A stretch of DNA of 64,000 nucleotides from an uncultured Acidobacteriota bacterium (GCA_963773005.1 CAVYZR010000004.1:335272-399271), one strand, 5' to 3'; counted from the stretch's first letter, positions 47,957 through 58,470 are shown. Program-made: numbers and translations. Notes: a model not told the origin generated them from the sequence alone.

Positions 47957-50871
47957 CTATTGCTTCGCGAACACTTCGGTAATCGGAGTGACGGTGATCT
48001 TCTCCGGAGCGATGGTCAGCTTCATCGCCCCGATCACCTTGTCCTCGTCCAGCAGCTCCTTCGGCTTCTCGCCGTCGTATCTGATGGACGACGAACGCGT
48101 CAGACGCGAGCGCCTGCTTCAGCCCGGCGGCATCCTTCGTGATGATGACGACGGAGAGATCCGTCGCCGAGAGGTGCCGCTTGATGGCGGCGTTTACGTC
48201 CGCGACGGTCAGCTTCTGCAGCGCGTCGCGCATGTACTTCGTGAACTCGCGGAATGCCGTACCACCGCGAGTCGAGCGCGTAGCCGAGCTGCTGGTCCTG
48301 CCGCGCGGTCATCACGTAGACGTTCTTCATCAGGTAATCGCGCGTGGTCTCGAAGTCCGTCCTGCGGTCAGCCCTCGATCGATGAGCTTCTGCAGCTCGT
48401 AGAGCGCGATCCGCAGCGACATGTGCGCGTTCGCCGGCACGACGGGCCGAATCCAGATCTCGAAGATCTGCTGCTGGCGCACTCGGTTCGGATCCGGGAA
48501 GAACTGGAACATGCCGCGCGGAAACGCCTCGATGTACGCGTAGTCGCCGTAGTTCATCCCGCGGATCTCGCGCATGCGCTGGTAGAGCCGTCCCGACGCG
48601 ATGCGATGCTCTCCGAGCCAGACGCGCGCAATCGACAGCGCCGCGAAATCCGGATGCGAACGCGTCACGTCGATCGGGAAGCCGAACGAGATCGCGGTCG
48701 CGCGCGTGTCCTTCTCGAGGATCTCGACCTCGAGACCGGACGGCCGCGCGCCCCGGACCGCGGCCTTCGCGGCCGCCGGCCCTTCGGGCAGCGTGCCGAC
48801 GTTCGCCTGCACCGTCCTGAGCATCTCGGGCGGAACGTCGCCGCTGGCCGCGAGCGTCAGGTTCGCGCGCGTGTACATGCGCGCGCGCGAAGTGCTTCAC
48901 GTCGTCCAGCGTGATTGCGTTGAGCCCGGCGACCGTGCCGAGCGCGACGTGGCCGTACGGCGTGCCGCGGAAGATGTTGATCTGGAGCTGCTCCTTGCCG
49001 AGCTCCTCTTCGTTGTTCGAGCGGAGGTCCTGCGTGAGCGCGTTCAGCTGCGCGTCCTTCAGCCGCTTGAAATCGTCTTCGCGGAATCCCGGATCAAGGA
49101 GCTGCGGCAGCACGATGCCGAGGAACGTCTGCCAGTTGTCCTTGTGAATGCTCCCGTGAAGGTCGTCATCTCCTTGTCGACGCGGTTCCCGAGAACCGAG
49201 CCGCCATCGGATACAGCGACGGCTTCGATCTGATCGATCGACAGCGATCTTCGAGCCGGCCTCGGCGATCATCGCGGCCGTCAGCGCGGCCAGACCTTCC
49301 TTGCCGGCGGGATCGTGCGCCGACCCGACAGTGAAGAGCAGCTTGATCGTCAGCTGCGGGAGCGCGGACTTCTGCTGGACGAGCGGGATCTTCGTGCCGG
49401 CGCCGGCGTCCGGCGCGATCGCGATCGGCGCGATCGCCGGCTTCGCCTCGACCGGAGCTGCTCGCTGGCTGTCGCGATCTCGTCCAGCGACGGCAGCGTG
49501 TCGATGCCCGCCGGCAGCGGGCCCTTCGACAGCGTCGTCACGATCAGGCTGTTGTCGACGAAGTACTCTCCGCGCCGCCGCCTGAAGATCCGCCGGCGTC
49601 AGCGAGTCGATCGTGCGGTAGTAGGTGTTCGACCGTGTCGAACGACCGGCGGTACGGCGCGAACGCCGACACACGGCCGCAATCCGTTCCGTGCTGTCGA
49701 GCGTCCGCGCGAACGCGTACTTGTTGAACGACTTCGAGTCCGCGAGCCGCTCGGCGGCGACCGGACTCGACCGGGCGTCCGCCATCGTCGCCAGGATCTG
49801 GTCGCGCACGTAGACGGCGTCGGCCGGGTTCTTCACGCGCGCGAGCACCGTGAAGAGCGACGCGTCCACGCTCGACGATGGCGTCGACCAGCAGTTGATC
49901 GACTTTCTGCTCGGTGACGACGAGCCGCTTGTACAGGTCCGACGTCGACCCGAAGTAGAGGGCCGCGAGAATCTCCATCGCGCCGCGAGTCCTTGCTGGT
50001 CTCGTCGAACGCGGGCCCGAGATACGCGACCGTCACCCACGGCAGCGTCTCGCTCGCCCACGGCACGTGAGCGTACTTCGCGGCCGTCGGCGCGCGGCTC
50101 CTTCGGGGAATCGCGGCCGCGCGGCAGTCGCCGGCCTTCCACCCGCCCCAGTGTTTCTCGACCATGCGGCATCACCTCCTCCGGCGTCACGTCGCCGCGC
50201 GATGACGAGCGTCGTGTACTGCGGGCGATACCAGCGCTGGAAGAACACCTTCGAGTACCTGGTACTCGTTGGGCATGTTCTCGATGTCGGCGATGAAGCC
50301 CATCGTCGTGTGCTTGTAGGTGTGCGCCTGGTAGAAGCGCTCGCGCTGGACCTCGATCAGCTTCTGGAGCGGCTCGGCGCTGTTCTTGTTGTACTCGCCG
50401 AGCATCGCGCGCGCCTCGGTCTTGAAGTCCGCCTCGGAGTACGCGAGGTTCTGGAACATGTCGGCGTACGTCGCCGAGGATCGTGTTCAGATCCTCCTTG
50501 GCGAACGTCGCGTAGTAGCGCGTGAAGTCGTCGCACGTGCTGGCATTGTCGCGCGCGCCGGCGCTCGACATGATTTCGCGGTACTTCTCCGGCGGCGTCT
50601 CGGGCGTGCCGCGGAACATCAGGTGCTCGAAGAAGTGCGCGAAGCCCGACTTCCCAGGCTCGACCTCGTTGCGCGAGCCGGTCTGCACCGGAATCTGCAC
50701 GCTCACCAGATTCGGGAATCCGGTGGGCACGACGATGACCTTGAGGCCGTTGGCGAGCGTGCGTTCGGTCGCCGTGAAGGGCAGGACGTCGCCGGATGAC
50801 GTCGGCTGAGCCGAGAGCCCGGCAGTCAGCACGATCGACAGGCAGAGAGCAACACCGCGAAGAGTTCGCAT
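47957..50871 (-). CDS. M16 (pitrilysin) zinc peptidase with fused active and inactive halves; more than ten frameshifts
   Basis: GSRNE..GFAHFFEHLMF; later segments (HTTMG, WYRPQY, GSAHDPAGKEGLAALTA, REIRGMNYGDYAY, EVFAKQ*) are scattered over all three minus frames. Confidence 0.85.
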
Positions 50872-51233
50872 AGGGTACACAACCTCCCGCACGTTGATTA
50901 TACGTTGCGCGTCTGCGACAGTCCGGGCGCGAAACGCGCTATCGTCCGTGCGCGGCTGTCATGCGCGTGCTCATCGCCGTTCAGGCCGGTACCGGCGGTG
51001 CGGGAGTGGCGCTGCTGTTTCTCGGCGCGCTCGCGGGACCATCCTGCTCCTGGTCGCCGGCATGGCCCTCCGACGCGTCCATGTCTTCGCGCCAGGCCTC
51101 CATGCAGAGGGTTGATGAGGCCGCCGTGGTCATCCTGTAGCAATCGAGCCTCCACAGGAGAATCGGCCTCTCGACGATGAGCAACCGAACGAGGACGCTA
51201 AGGACTTGCTACACTAAGCGTTGCACCCCATGC

Positions 51234-51309
51234 GCGCCCGTAGCTCAGTGGATAGAGCATCGGCCTTCTAAGCCGAGGGTCGCAGGTTCGAGTCCTGCCG
51301 GGCGCGCCA
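51234..51309 (+). tRNA. tRNA-Arg, anticodon TCT
   Basis: Full cloverleaf: GCGCCCG/CGGGCGC acceptor, GCTC/GAGC D-stem, TCGGC-CTTCTAA-GCCGA, GCAGG-TTCGAGT-CCTGC, encoded CCA; TACACT -10-like box at 51210-51215. Confidence 0.97.
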
Positions 51310-51664
51310 ACCTTCGCTCACGCTTGCCGATGAGGCCGATGAGATTGAGCTTCGGTTGGCAGGCCACGCGAGGGTTCAGGCCCGAGCGCGCCAATCGTTC
51401 AGAATCTTCAGCCAATCGAGTGTTCGCGCTTCCGTCTCATCCCGTCACCCACCTTCGGAGTCCGTCAACATCCGCGTGGCAGCCTTCGCTCGCGACAACC
51501 ATCACTCGCGTGGAACTCCACTGTTGGAGAGCGATTCGGTAAACAGTTCGGCGTTAGTCGGGACTCGACGGTATTGGCGCGAATGCGTCATTTCTGCGGG
51601 GTCGGTCTGCCGATGGCGATGCCTAGCGACCGCGCCGTCATGAGTCTACTGAGCACTCCCAGGG

Positions 51665-51859
51665 CTAGACCACCGCTCGAGGCAGTTTCTCTCTCATCAT
51701 CGAGTGGAATGGTGAATAAGTTCGCTGCACCCTTGCTTCGAGCGCAGCCCGTTCGGTCGCCGGTGCTGCCGCAATCCGCGCGCGCAGCTTGTCCCGCTTT
51801 TTCGCCCGATGTTGACGCAGATGTATGTCGGTGGGGTGATGGCTTGCACTCATGATCAT
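51665..51859 (-). CDS. Small basic helical protein (DUF6800-like by eye)
   Basis: RBS GGAGGAG; DIHLRQHRAKKRDKLRARIAAAPATERAALEARVQRTYSP. Family resemblance is from memory and unverified. Confidence 0.55.
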   Translation of the reverse strand: MIMSASHHPTDIHLRQHRAKKRDKLRARIAAAPATERAALEARVQRTYSPFHSMMREKLPRAVV

Positions 51860-52154
51860 GCTCCTCCGAGCAAGTGTATCTCGCCGATGTTCCCGTCACC
51901 TGTTCACAAGCGCACACTGAACCAACCGATTCTCTCGGAGGGTCGATTGCCTTAAGACGCTGCCAGTTGTCGGACCGGGGCCGGCCCGCCCAGTAACGAT
52001 CTGTCGCCAAGTCGCTTTGGATTGGCAAGGCTAAGGATGGAAGCCACTGCGGCGTTTTCCTGGACAAACCCGTTGACACTACGGCAACGTCGCGAGTGGA
52101 CGGACTCCGGTGACCAGGCGATGCCTTCAGGAGGGCATCAAGGCAAGCCCAGAC

Positions 52155-52265
52155 TCATGCGGCGGAGTGCACGACCGGTCCCCAGTTCAACCACATCGCC
52201 AACCCGGTCAGCGCGACGATGACGAGCACGATGAGGATGTGGACGGTGAATCTGCGTGTGGTCAT
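52155..52265 (-). CDS. Possible 36-aa single-TM peptide
   Basis: MTTRRFTVHILIVLVIVALTGLAMWLNWGPVVHSAA: basic N-terminus plus one hydrophobic helix. Confidence 0.35.
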   Translation of the reverse strand: MTTRRFTVHILIVLVIVALTGLAMWLNWGPVVHSAA

Positions 52266-52281
52266 CCTTTCGACACCCAGG

Positions 52282-52476
52282 TTAGTAGACACTGCTGGGA
52301 AGCGTTCGGTTCCACTTGATACCAAGGAGCGAAGCACGAGCGAGTAGCCGTCGGCCTTGCTCGGGCGTCAGCCAATTCCCCAGCCGAATACCGATGCGGC
52401 GCACTCCCTTCACACGGCGAATGCCCGCCGCCAGTTCCGGACTCAGGAGACCGGCATCGGCCGCCTCGGTTGCAAA
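52282..52476 (-). pseudogene. Fragment of a tyrosine recombinase/integrase
   Basis: Manual translation FATEAADAGLLSPELAAGIRRVKGVRRIGIRLGNWLTPEQGRRLLA...*, which I recognise as the segment before the catalytic domain of an acidobacterial phage-integrase family; no start codon and no catalytic residues. Confidence 0.75.
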
Positions 52477-52681
52477 ACGACAGCGACGATCCGCTGGCAG
52501 TCTCTTCCGCCGACCGTCGCTCGCATGCTGTCACACACTCGAGTCGCGCGGCTCCTCGAAGCCTTATGTGTCGCTTGCAGGGGTTGGCTTCCAACGGATG
52601 AATGCCCGCGTCCTTCTGCAGCCCACCGACTTGCCTACGCGACGGATATACTCCGTCCTACGCGATTCAACTGAGGTACGC

Positions 52682-53110
52682 ATGTCCGACAGAAACAAGG
52701 CTCGGGTCAGTGAATTCATTAACCGCGTTCTCACAGGAGGCGACATCGACGCTACCGGCGAGTACTTCGAGCGCAACATGGTGGAAGAGATGCCGTTCCC
52801 GCAACAGGGACCGGGACTTGCCGGCCTCGAGGATACGCTCATCCGCATTCGAGCGGCGTTTCCTGATTCGACGTGGACTGTCGAGGAGCAGATTGCGGAG
52901 GGCGACAAGGTGCTGACGCGGTTCGTCTGGTCCGGCACGCATGAAGGCGAATTCCTCGGCATCGCGGCCACCCACCGCCCGATCAATGTATGGGGCATGG
53001 TGATCGACCGATTCGCCGGAGAGAAGATCGTCTCGACCCGGATCCTGATGGACATGTTCGGGATGATGATGCAACTGGGCGTCATTCCACCGCCGCCGAC
53101 CGGTACATAG
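52682..53110 (+). CDS. SnoaL-like ester cyclase family protein
   Basis: RBS GAGG; NKARV..AFPDSTWTVEEQIAEGDKVLTRFVWSGTHEGEFLGIAAT..MMMQLG. Confidence 0.9.
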   Translation: MSDRNKARVSEFINRVLTGGDIDATGEYFERNMVEEMPFPQQGPGLAGLEDTLIRIRAAFPDSTWTVEEQIAEGDKVLTRFVWSGTHEGEFLGIAATHRPINVWGMVIDRFAGEKIVSTRILMDMFGMMMQLGVIPPPPTGT

Positions 53111-53139
53111 GTACGGGAAGCCTGCGCAGAGTGGAGCTA

Positions 53140-53220
53140 CCTGATCCATCGGTCGACCCCTGGAGCCTGGCCGTCACGATGTACGAGACAGCGACGAGCA
53201 CGAATCCGTTTCGCGCCCCC
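53140..53220 (+). pseudogene. Possible remnant of a Ser/Thr kinase (subdomain IX)
   Basis: PDPSVDPWSLAVTMYETATSTNPFRAP resembles the D-x-W-S-L-x-V-x-x-Y-E-x-x-T-G-x-x-P-F consensus. Confidence 0.5.
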
Positions 53221-53708
53221 GGCAGTAGTGGACACCACAAAGCTGGTGGTGCTCGCCAGGGAGTCGGACGCGCGCGTGCTGCCCCCCTGATTTGCCGACC
53301 ATCAATCGCGCTGTTCCTGAGGACAGAGCTGACTTCAGCCCTCGTCTACACTGCGGCGTTGCTCGTTACTAATGTCAGAGTTGAGCGCCGGCCGAGCTAC
53401 AACCCAAGCTGCGAAGCCGCTTCCTGGGATCTCCGTCGGCTGCGACGAGTGTTGGGGCATGATGCCGCCTGCGCGCCGTGCGTTGGATGTGCTCTTGCTT
53501 CCCTATCATCTCCAAGTCAACGAGGATCATCGCCGGCTCGGTTGCAGAAGGCGCTACGGGCTTTCGTTGGCACTTGGTCGAACACCCGTCCGCCGACGCC
53601 GGAGAGCCTTCCGGGGAGGGAGGACAGTGCGGAGGCCACCGCGCCGTTGCGCTACACTGCGCGTGTCGTCTCCGCCGGGCACCGGTCGGAGTCTCAAGGA
53701 GGGGCGTT

Positions 53709-55082
53709 GTGGCACCTGCCGCACAGTCGCTCGACGAGGCGCTGGTGCGGGCATTCGGAGCCGCCTTGCGCGGCGGGCTGCTGCGGCCGCGGGATCCCGC
53801 CTACGAGGCGGCGCGTTCGGTCTGGAACGCCGCGATCGACCGGCGGCCCGCCCTGATCGCCCGGTGTGCGGGAGCGGCCGATGTGATCCTGGCGGTCGAC
53901 TTCGCGCGCGCCAACAACCTGCTGGTCTCCGTCCGCGGGGGCGGCCACGGCGTGGCGGGCTTCGCGGTGTGCGACGATGGCCTGATGATCGACCTGTCCG
54001 GGATGAAAGGGATCCGGGTGGACCCGGCGAGCCGAGCGGTGCGGGCCGAACCCGGCCTCACCTGGGGGGAGTTCGACCGCGAGACCCAGGCCTTCGGACT
54101 GGCGACCACCGGCGGCTTCGTGCCCTCGACGGGGATCGCCGGGCTCACCCTGGGCGGCGGCCTCGGCTACCTGATGCGTCGCTTCGGCCTGACCTGCGAC
54201 AACCTCCTGTCGGCCGATCTGGTCACGGCCGACGGCCAGCTCCGCAAGGTCAGCGCGACAGAGAACGAGGACCTCTTCTGGGGCATCCGGGGCGGCGGGG
54301 GTAACTTCGGCGTCGTCACCTCCTTCGAGTACCGACTCCATCCGGTGGGACCGACCGTCCTCGGGGGGCTCATCGTGCACCCGCTGTCGGCGGAGCAAGA
54401 TGTCATGAGGTTCTACCGCGAGTTCGCGCCGACCGCGCCGGACGAGCTGACGACCCACCTCGCCTGGGTGACCACGCCCGGCGGTGACCCCGTCGTCGCC
54501 TTCCTCGTGTGCTACAGCGGGCCGCTGGAGCAGGGCGACGCGGTGATCCGGGCCCTGCGGGGATTCGGCTCACCGCTGGACGATACAGTCGGACCCATGC
54601 CGTACACCGCGGTCCAGGCGCTGGGCGGTCCCATGGCCCCACCCGGCCGGTTCAACTACTGGAAATCCAGCTTCATTCAAGACCTGACCGATGCGGCGGT
54701 CGACACGATTGTCGGTCGCTTCACCGCCGGCCCGTCGCCGTACCGCGTGGTGTCCGTCGAACAGCTCGGCGGTGCCGTGAGCCGCGTGGGCCGGGACGAG
54801 ACGGCGTTCGGTGAGCGGGGCGCACCGTACAGCCTGTTCGTCGCGAGCGCCTGGACGGAACAGGCCGAGGCCGACGAGAACGTGCGGTGGACGCGCGACT
54901 TCTGGGGGGCGATGCGGCCGTTCGAGAGCGAGGCGGCCTACGTCAACTACCTCGACGCCGATGAACAGGACCGAACCAGAGCAGTCTACGGCGGGAGGTA
55001 CGAACGGCTCGCCGCGCTGAAGAAGAAGTACGACCCGACCAACTTCTTTCGCTTGAACCAGAACATCAAGCCGGCGGGCTGA
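53709..55082 (+). CDS. FAD-binding oxidoreductase with berberine-bridge-like C-terminus
   Basis: RBS AGGAGG before GTG 53709; RGGGHG, GLTLGGGLG, WGIRGGGGNFGVVT, YVNY, KYDPTNFFRLNQNI. Confidence 0.93.
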   Translation: MAPAAQSLDEALVRAFGAALRGGLLRPRDPAYEAARSVWNAAIDRRPALIARCAGAADVILAVDFARANNLLVSVRGGGHGVAGFAVCDDGLMIDLSGMKGIRVDPASRAVRAEPGLTWGEFDRETQAFGLATTGGFVPSTGIAGLTLGGGLGYLMRRFGLTCDNLLSADLVTADGQLRKVSATENEDLFWGIRGGGGNFGVVTSFEYRLHPVGPTVLGGLIVHPLSAEQDVMRFYREFAPTAPDELTTHLAWVTTPGGDPVVAFLVCYSGPLEQGDAVIRALRGFGSPLDDTVGPMPYTAVQALGGPMAPPGRFNYWKSSFIQDLTDAAVDTIVGRFTAGPSPYRVVSVEQLGGAVSRVGRDETAFGERGAPYSLFVASAWTEQAEADENVRWTRDFWGAMRPFESEAAYVNYLDADEQDRTRAVYGGRYERLAALKKKYDPTNFFRLNQNIKPAG

Positions 55083-55379
55083 CGGTGACCATGTCCTCGC
55101 ACCTCTGTCGAAGGGGGAGTCGTGCTCTCGCTCCACTGAACTATGGCACGAGGACTCTGAACACGGACGATAGCAATCTTGAAGGAGCAAGAGCCGACGA
55201 GCGACTGGATCACTCGGCCGCCGCGCCAGCGGCTTCGTTCGAGTCGCGCAGTGTTTACTAGTCGGCGACCCATCCACACGAACGGTTCCCACGCGGTCCT
55301 CGCCGAACGATTTGCCGGGCAGCTGGAGAATACTCACCGGGTTCTGCGTCATCCGTGGCGATACGCGCGGCAGATCACG

Positions 55380-55495
55380 CGCGTGGCACGTCCGCGTGGC
55401 AGTCCTGGCAACCTGTTGAAACCCAACGTCCTCCGTTACAGGACCGCACCCTTCTAAGCCGAGGGTCCCGCGTTCGAGTCGCGGCGGGCGCACCA
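55380..55495 (+). repeat. att-like junction 1: direct repeats, IHF-like box and a variant tRNA-Arg 3' half (55450-55495)
   Basis: cgcgtggcac 55380, cgcgtggcag 55393, caacctgttgaaac 55409, then ccttctaagccgagggtc-ccgcg-ttcgagt-cgcgg-cgggcgcacca. Confidence 0.9.
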
Positions 55496-55562
55496 TCTTC
55501 TCGATTGATCCAGTAATCCCGTCCGCGCTGCCGCCCCGCCCATATAATCCACGGCAAGAGTC

Positions 55563-58304
55563 TTGGCGCTCACCCTCGGCACGTGCCTCGGCGTTTACGA
55601 AATCACCGCGCAGATCGGCGCGGGCGGCATGGGCGAGGTGTACAAAGGCCGAGACACGCGCCTCGATCGCGCGGTGGCGATCAAGATCCTTTCGGATAAC
55701 CGCGCTGCCGATCCGCAGTTCCGCGAACGCTTCGACCGCGAAGCGCGGACCATCTCACAGTTCACCCATCCGAACATCTGCACCCTGTACGACGTCGGCG
55801 AACATGCGGGCACCGCGTTTCTCGTCATGGAGCTTCTCGACGGGGAAACCCTCGAGCACCGATGTGCACGCGCCAACGCGAAGGGAGCTGGCCTGCCGCT
55901 GGGCGAAGCGCTGCGGATCGCGATCCAGATGGCCGATGCGCTGGCCGCGGCGCATCGTCAGGGAATCGTCCATCGCGATCTGAAACCGGGCAACATCTTC
56001 CTCGCGCGGAGCAGCGGAACTTCCGCCCCAGCAATCGCCAAGCTGCTCGATTTCGGCCTCGTCAGGACGGCGCCAGCCTTGACCGTCGACAAGGCCACCA
56101 TGGTGTCCACGACGCTGCCCCAGGCGATCACCGCGCAGGGCACGATCCTCGGCACGTTCCAATACATGGCGCCGGAACAAGTGGAGGGCGGCCACGCGGA
56201 CGCGCGCACCGACATCTTCGCGTTCGGCAGCGTGCTCTACGAGATGATAACGGGCAAGAAGGCGTTCGAGGGGAAGACGCAGACGAATCTCGTTGCTGCG
56301 ATTCTCGAGCGCGACCCACCGCCGATCACCACCGTGCAGCCGCTCGCGCCGCCACTCGTCGACGCCATCGTCCGCAAGTGCTTGGCAAAAAACCCGGACG
56401 ACCGTTGGCAGACCGCGTCCGACTTGGGATCGGCCCTGCGCTGGGCCGCGGAAGGCGCGAACGCAACCTCGTCTGGCGCAACCGCCGTCGCCAGAACGCC
56501 GCGAACTGGAGCACACCGTGTTGCAAACGGCGCCGTGGCGGCGGCGGGAATTCTTGGCTCGGTCGCGATCGGCCTTGCCGTCGGAGGGCGGTACATGTCG
56601 ACCGTCGCCACGCCCGCTGCCCTCGTCCGGTTTGAAGTGCAGCCGCCGGCAAACGTGACGCTGACGCCCGCGCCGATCGCGTCCGCCGCCCAGCTTGCGC
56701 TCTCTCCAGACGGGCGTCGTCTCGCGTTCGTCGCCACACCGAAACGTGCCACGTCGCAACTCTGGATTCGACCGCTTGATGGCGTACAGGCGCAACCTCT
56801 CCCCGGCACCGAGGGCGCGTCGTATCCGTTCTGGTCGCCCGACGGCCGGTTCATTGCGTTTTTCGCGGGGGGCAAGCTCAAGAAGATCGATACGACCGGC
56901 GGGCTGCCGCAGGTGCTCTGTCCTGCAGGAGCCGGCCGCGGCGGGACCTGGAACCCGGATGGCATCATCGTGTTCGTCGGTCAGGGAAACCGCCCGATTT
57001 CCCGAATCTCTGCTTCGGGCGGTGTCGTGACGGCGGCAACGACGTTCGACCCCGGCCAGGCGATTCTCGGGCAGTCCTGGCCGCAGTTTCTGCCGGACGG
57101 CCGACATTTTCTCTACCTGCAGCGCAGTTCGAAGCCCGAATACCGGGGCGTTTACGTGACGGCGCTCGACTCGTCGTCGTCCACACGCATTCTCGAGAGC
57201 GACCTGAGGGCCGTGTATGCCTCCGGGCACCTTCTGTTCGTGCGGGACGGGACATTGTTTGCGCAGGCGTTCGATGACCGTACGCTTCAAACGAGCGGCG
57301 ACCCCGTTCGAATAGGCGATCACGTCGGCTACTGGACCGCCGGAATGGGTTACGCAGCAGTGACCGTATCGCCGGCCGGTGTGCTGGCCCACGGCCCCAG
57401 CGTGCGGCTGACCACGAGCCTGCGCTGGTACGACCGCAGCGGAGCGTCAACGGCGCCCCCAACCGCGCCGGCGCAGTACACCACGCCGCGCCTGTCACCC
57501 GATCAGAAGAGCGTCGTGGTGGCTATGACGGATGGCGCAACGGCGCAGCCCGATCTCTGGGTGCTGGGGTTGGCCCGTGGCACGACCTCGCGCCTGACGT
57601 CCGATCCGGCCACCGACTGGTTTCCCGCCTGGTCCGCCGACGGCGGTCGCCTGCTCTTCGGGTCGAACCGCCTGGGGGTGACCACACCTTTCCAGAAAGT
57701 GGTCGGTGGCGGACAAGAGGAGCCCGCTGCGGAGAACATGTTCGGTGCGGCTGGCGCCACATCTCCCAGCGACACGTCAGGCGACGGACGGCTTCTTCTG
57801 TATACGCAATTGACGCAGCAGGGGTACGACCTGGGCGTGTTGACGTTGACCGGAGAGCGCAAGGCGAGCACGTTTCTCGGTACGCCGTTCAACGAAGCCC
57901 AGGCTCGTTTCTCGCCGAACGCTCGGTGGGTGGCGTACGCGTCGGACGAATCCGGCACGTTCGAGGTGTACGTCCGGCCGTTTCCTCCGGCGAGCGGGCA
58001 AACGCAGATCTCGATCGCCGGGGGCACGCAACCGGAGTGGCGGCGCGACGGCAAGGAACTGTTCTACATCTCCGCCGACGGCACGCTGACCGCCGTGCCG
58101 GTGACGACAGACGGAGCCACGTTCAGCGCTGGCACACCGCGAGGACTATTCGACGTCGAGGTGCCCGAGCCGAACCCGCCGTTCCCGACTGACTACGTCG
58201 TCACCGCCGATGGCCAACGGTTCCTCGTCAACACGGTCGTCGATCAGCCGACACGCCCAGCCCTGACCGTGATCCTCAACTGGACGGCGGATCTCAAGGA
58301 CTAG
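55563..58304 (+). CDS. Ser/Thr protein kinase with TM helix and PD40/TolB-like propeller
   Basis: GAGGMGEVY, VAIK, HRDLKPGN, DFG, YMAPE; SPDG repeats; TATAAT at 55543-55548. Confidence 0.95.
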   Translation: MALTLGTCLGVYEITAQIGAGGMGEVYKGRDTRLDRAVAIKILSDNRAADPQFRERFDREARTISQFTHPNICTLYDVGEHAGTAFLVMELLDGETLEHRCARANAKGAGLPLGEALRIAIQMADALAAAHRQGIVHRDLKPGNIFLARSSGTSAPAIAKLLDFGLVRTAPALTVDKATMVSTTLPQAITAQGTILGTFQYMAPEQVEGGHADARTDIFAFGSVLYEMITGKKAFEGKTQTNLVAAILERDPPPITTVQPLAPPLVDAIVRKCLAKNPDDRWQTASDLGSALRWAAEGANATSSGATAVARTPRTGAHRVANGAVAAAGILGSVAIGLAVGGRYMSTVATPAALVRFEVQPPANVTLTPAPIASAAQLALSPDGRRLAFVATPKRATSQLWIRPLDGVQAQPLPGTEGASYPFWSPDGRFIAFFAGGKLKKIDTTGGLPQVLCPAGAGRGGTWNPDGIIVFVGQGNRPISRISASGGVVTAATTFDPGQAILGQSWPQFLPDGRHFLYLQRSSKPEYRGVYVTALDSSSSTRILESDLRAVYASGHLLFVRDGTLFAQAFDDRTLQTSGDPVRIGDHVGYWTAGMGYAAVTVSPAGVLAHGPSVRLTTSLRWYDRSGASTAPPTAPAQYTTPRLSPDQKSVVVAMTDGATAQPDLWVLGLARGTTSRLTSDPATDWFPAWSADGGRLLFGSNRLGVTTPFQKVVGGGQEEPAAENMFGAAGATSPSDTSGDGRLLLYTQLTQQGYDLGVLTLTGERKASTFLGTPFNEAQARFSPNARWVAYASDESGTFEVYVRPFPPASGQTQISIAGGTQPEWRRDGKELFYISADGTLTAVPVTTDGATFSAGTPRGLFDVEVPEPNPPFPTDYVVTADGQRFLVNTVVDQPTRPALTVILNWTADLKD

Positions 58305-58350
58305 GCGGATTCAGAGTCTCATCGTTCGCTCCGACGTGGGGTAGATCAAC

Positions 58351-58464
58351 CGCGTGGCACACCCGCGTGGCAGTCCTCGCAACCTGCTGAAACATCGCCA
58401 CATCAGTCATAGGAATTCACCCTTCTAAGCCGAGGGTCGCAGGTTCGAGTCCTGCCGGGCGCGC
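58351..58464 (+). repeat. att-like junction 2: same module plus a 44-bp exact copy of tRNA 51264-51307
   Basis: cgcgtggcac 58351, cgcgtggcag 58364, caacctgctgaaac 58380, tRNA copy 58421-58464. Confidence 0.93.
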
Positions 58465-58470
58465 TTTACC

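Noticed and set aside
50898-51184. Small ORFs between the M16 peptidase and the tRNA
   Set aside because: No recognisable motif or clear RBS; several overlapping frames are equally weak.
53216-53301. IS3-like terminal repeats (CCCCCGGCAGTAGTGGACACC; TGCCCCCCTGATTTGCC)
   Set aside because: Resemblance by eye only; no transposase, partner inverted repeat or target duplication was found.
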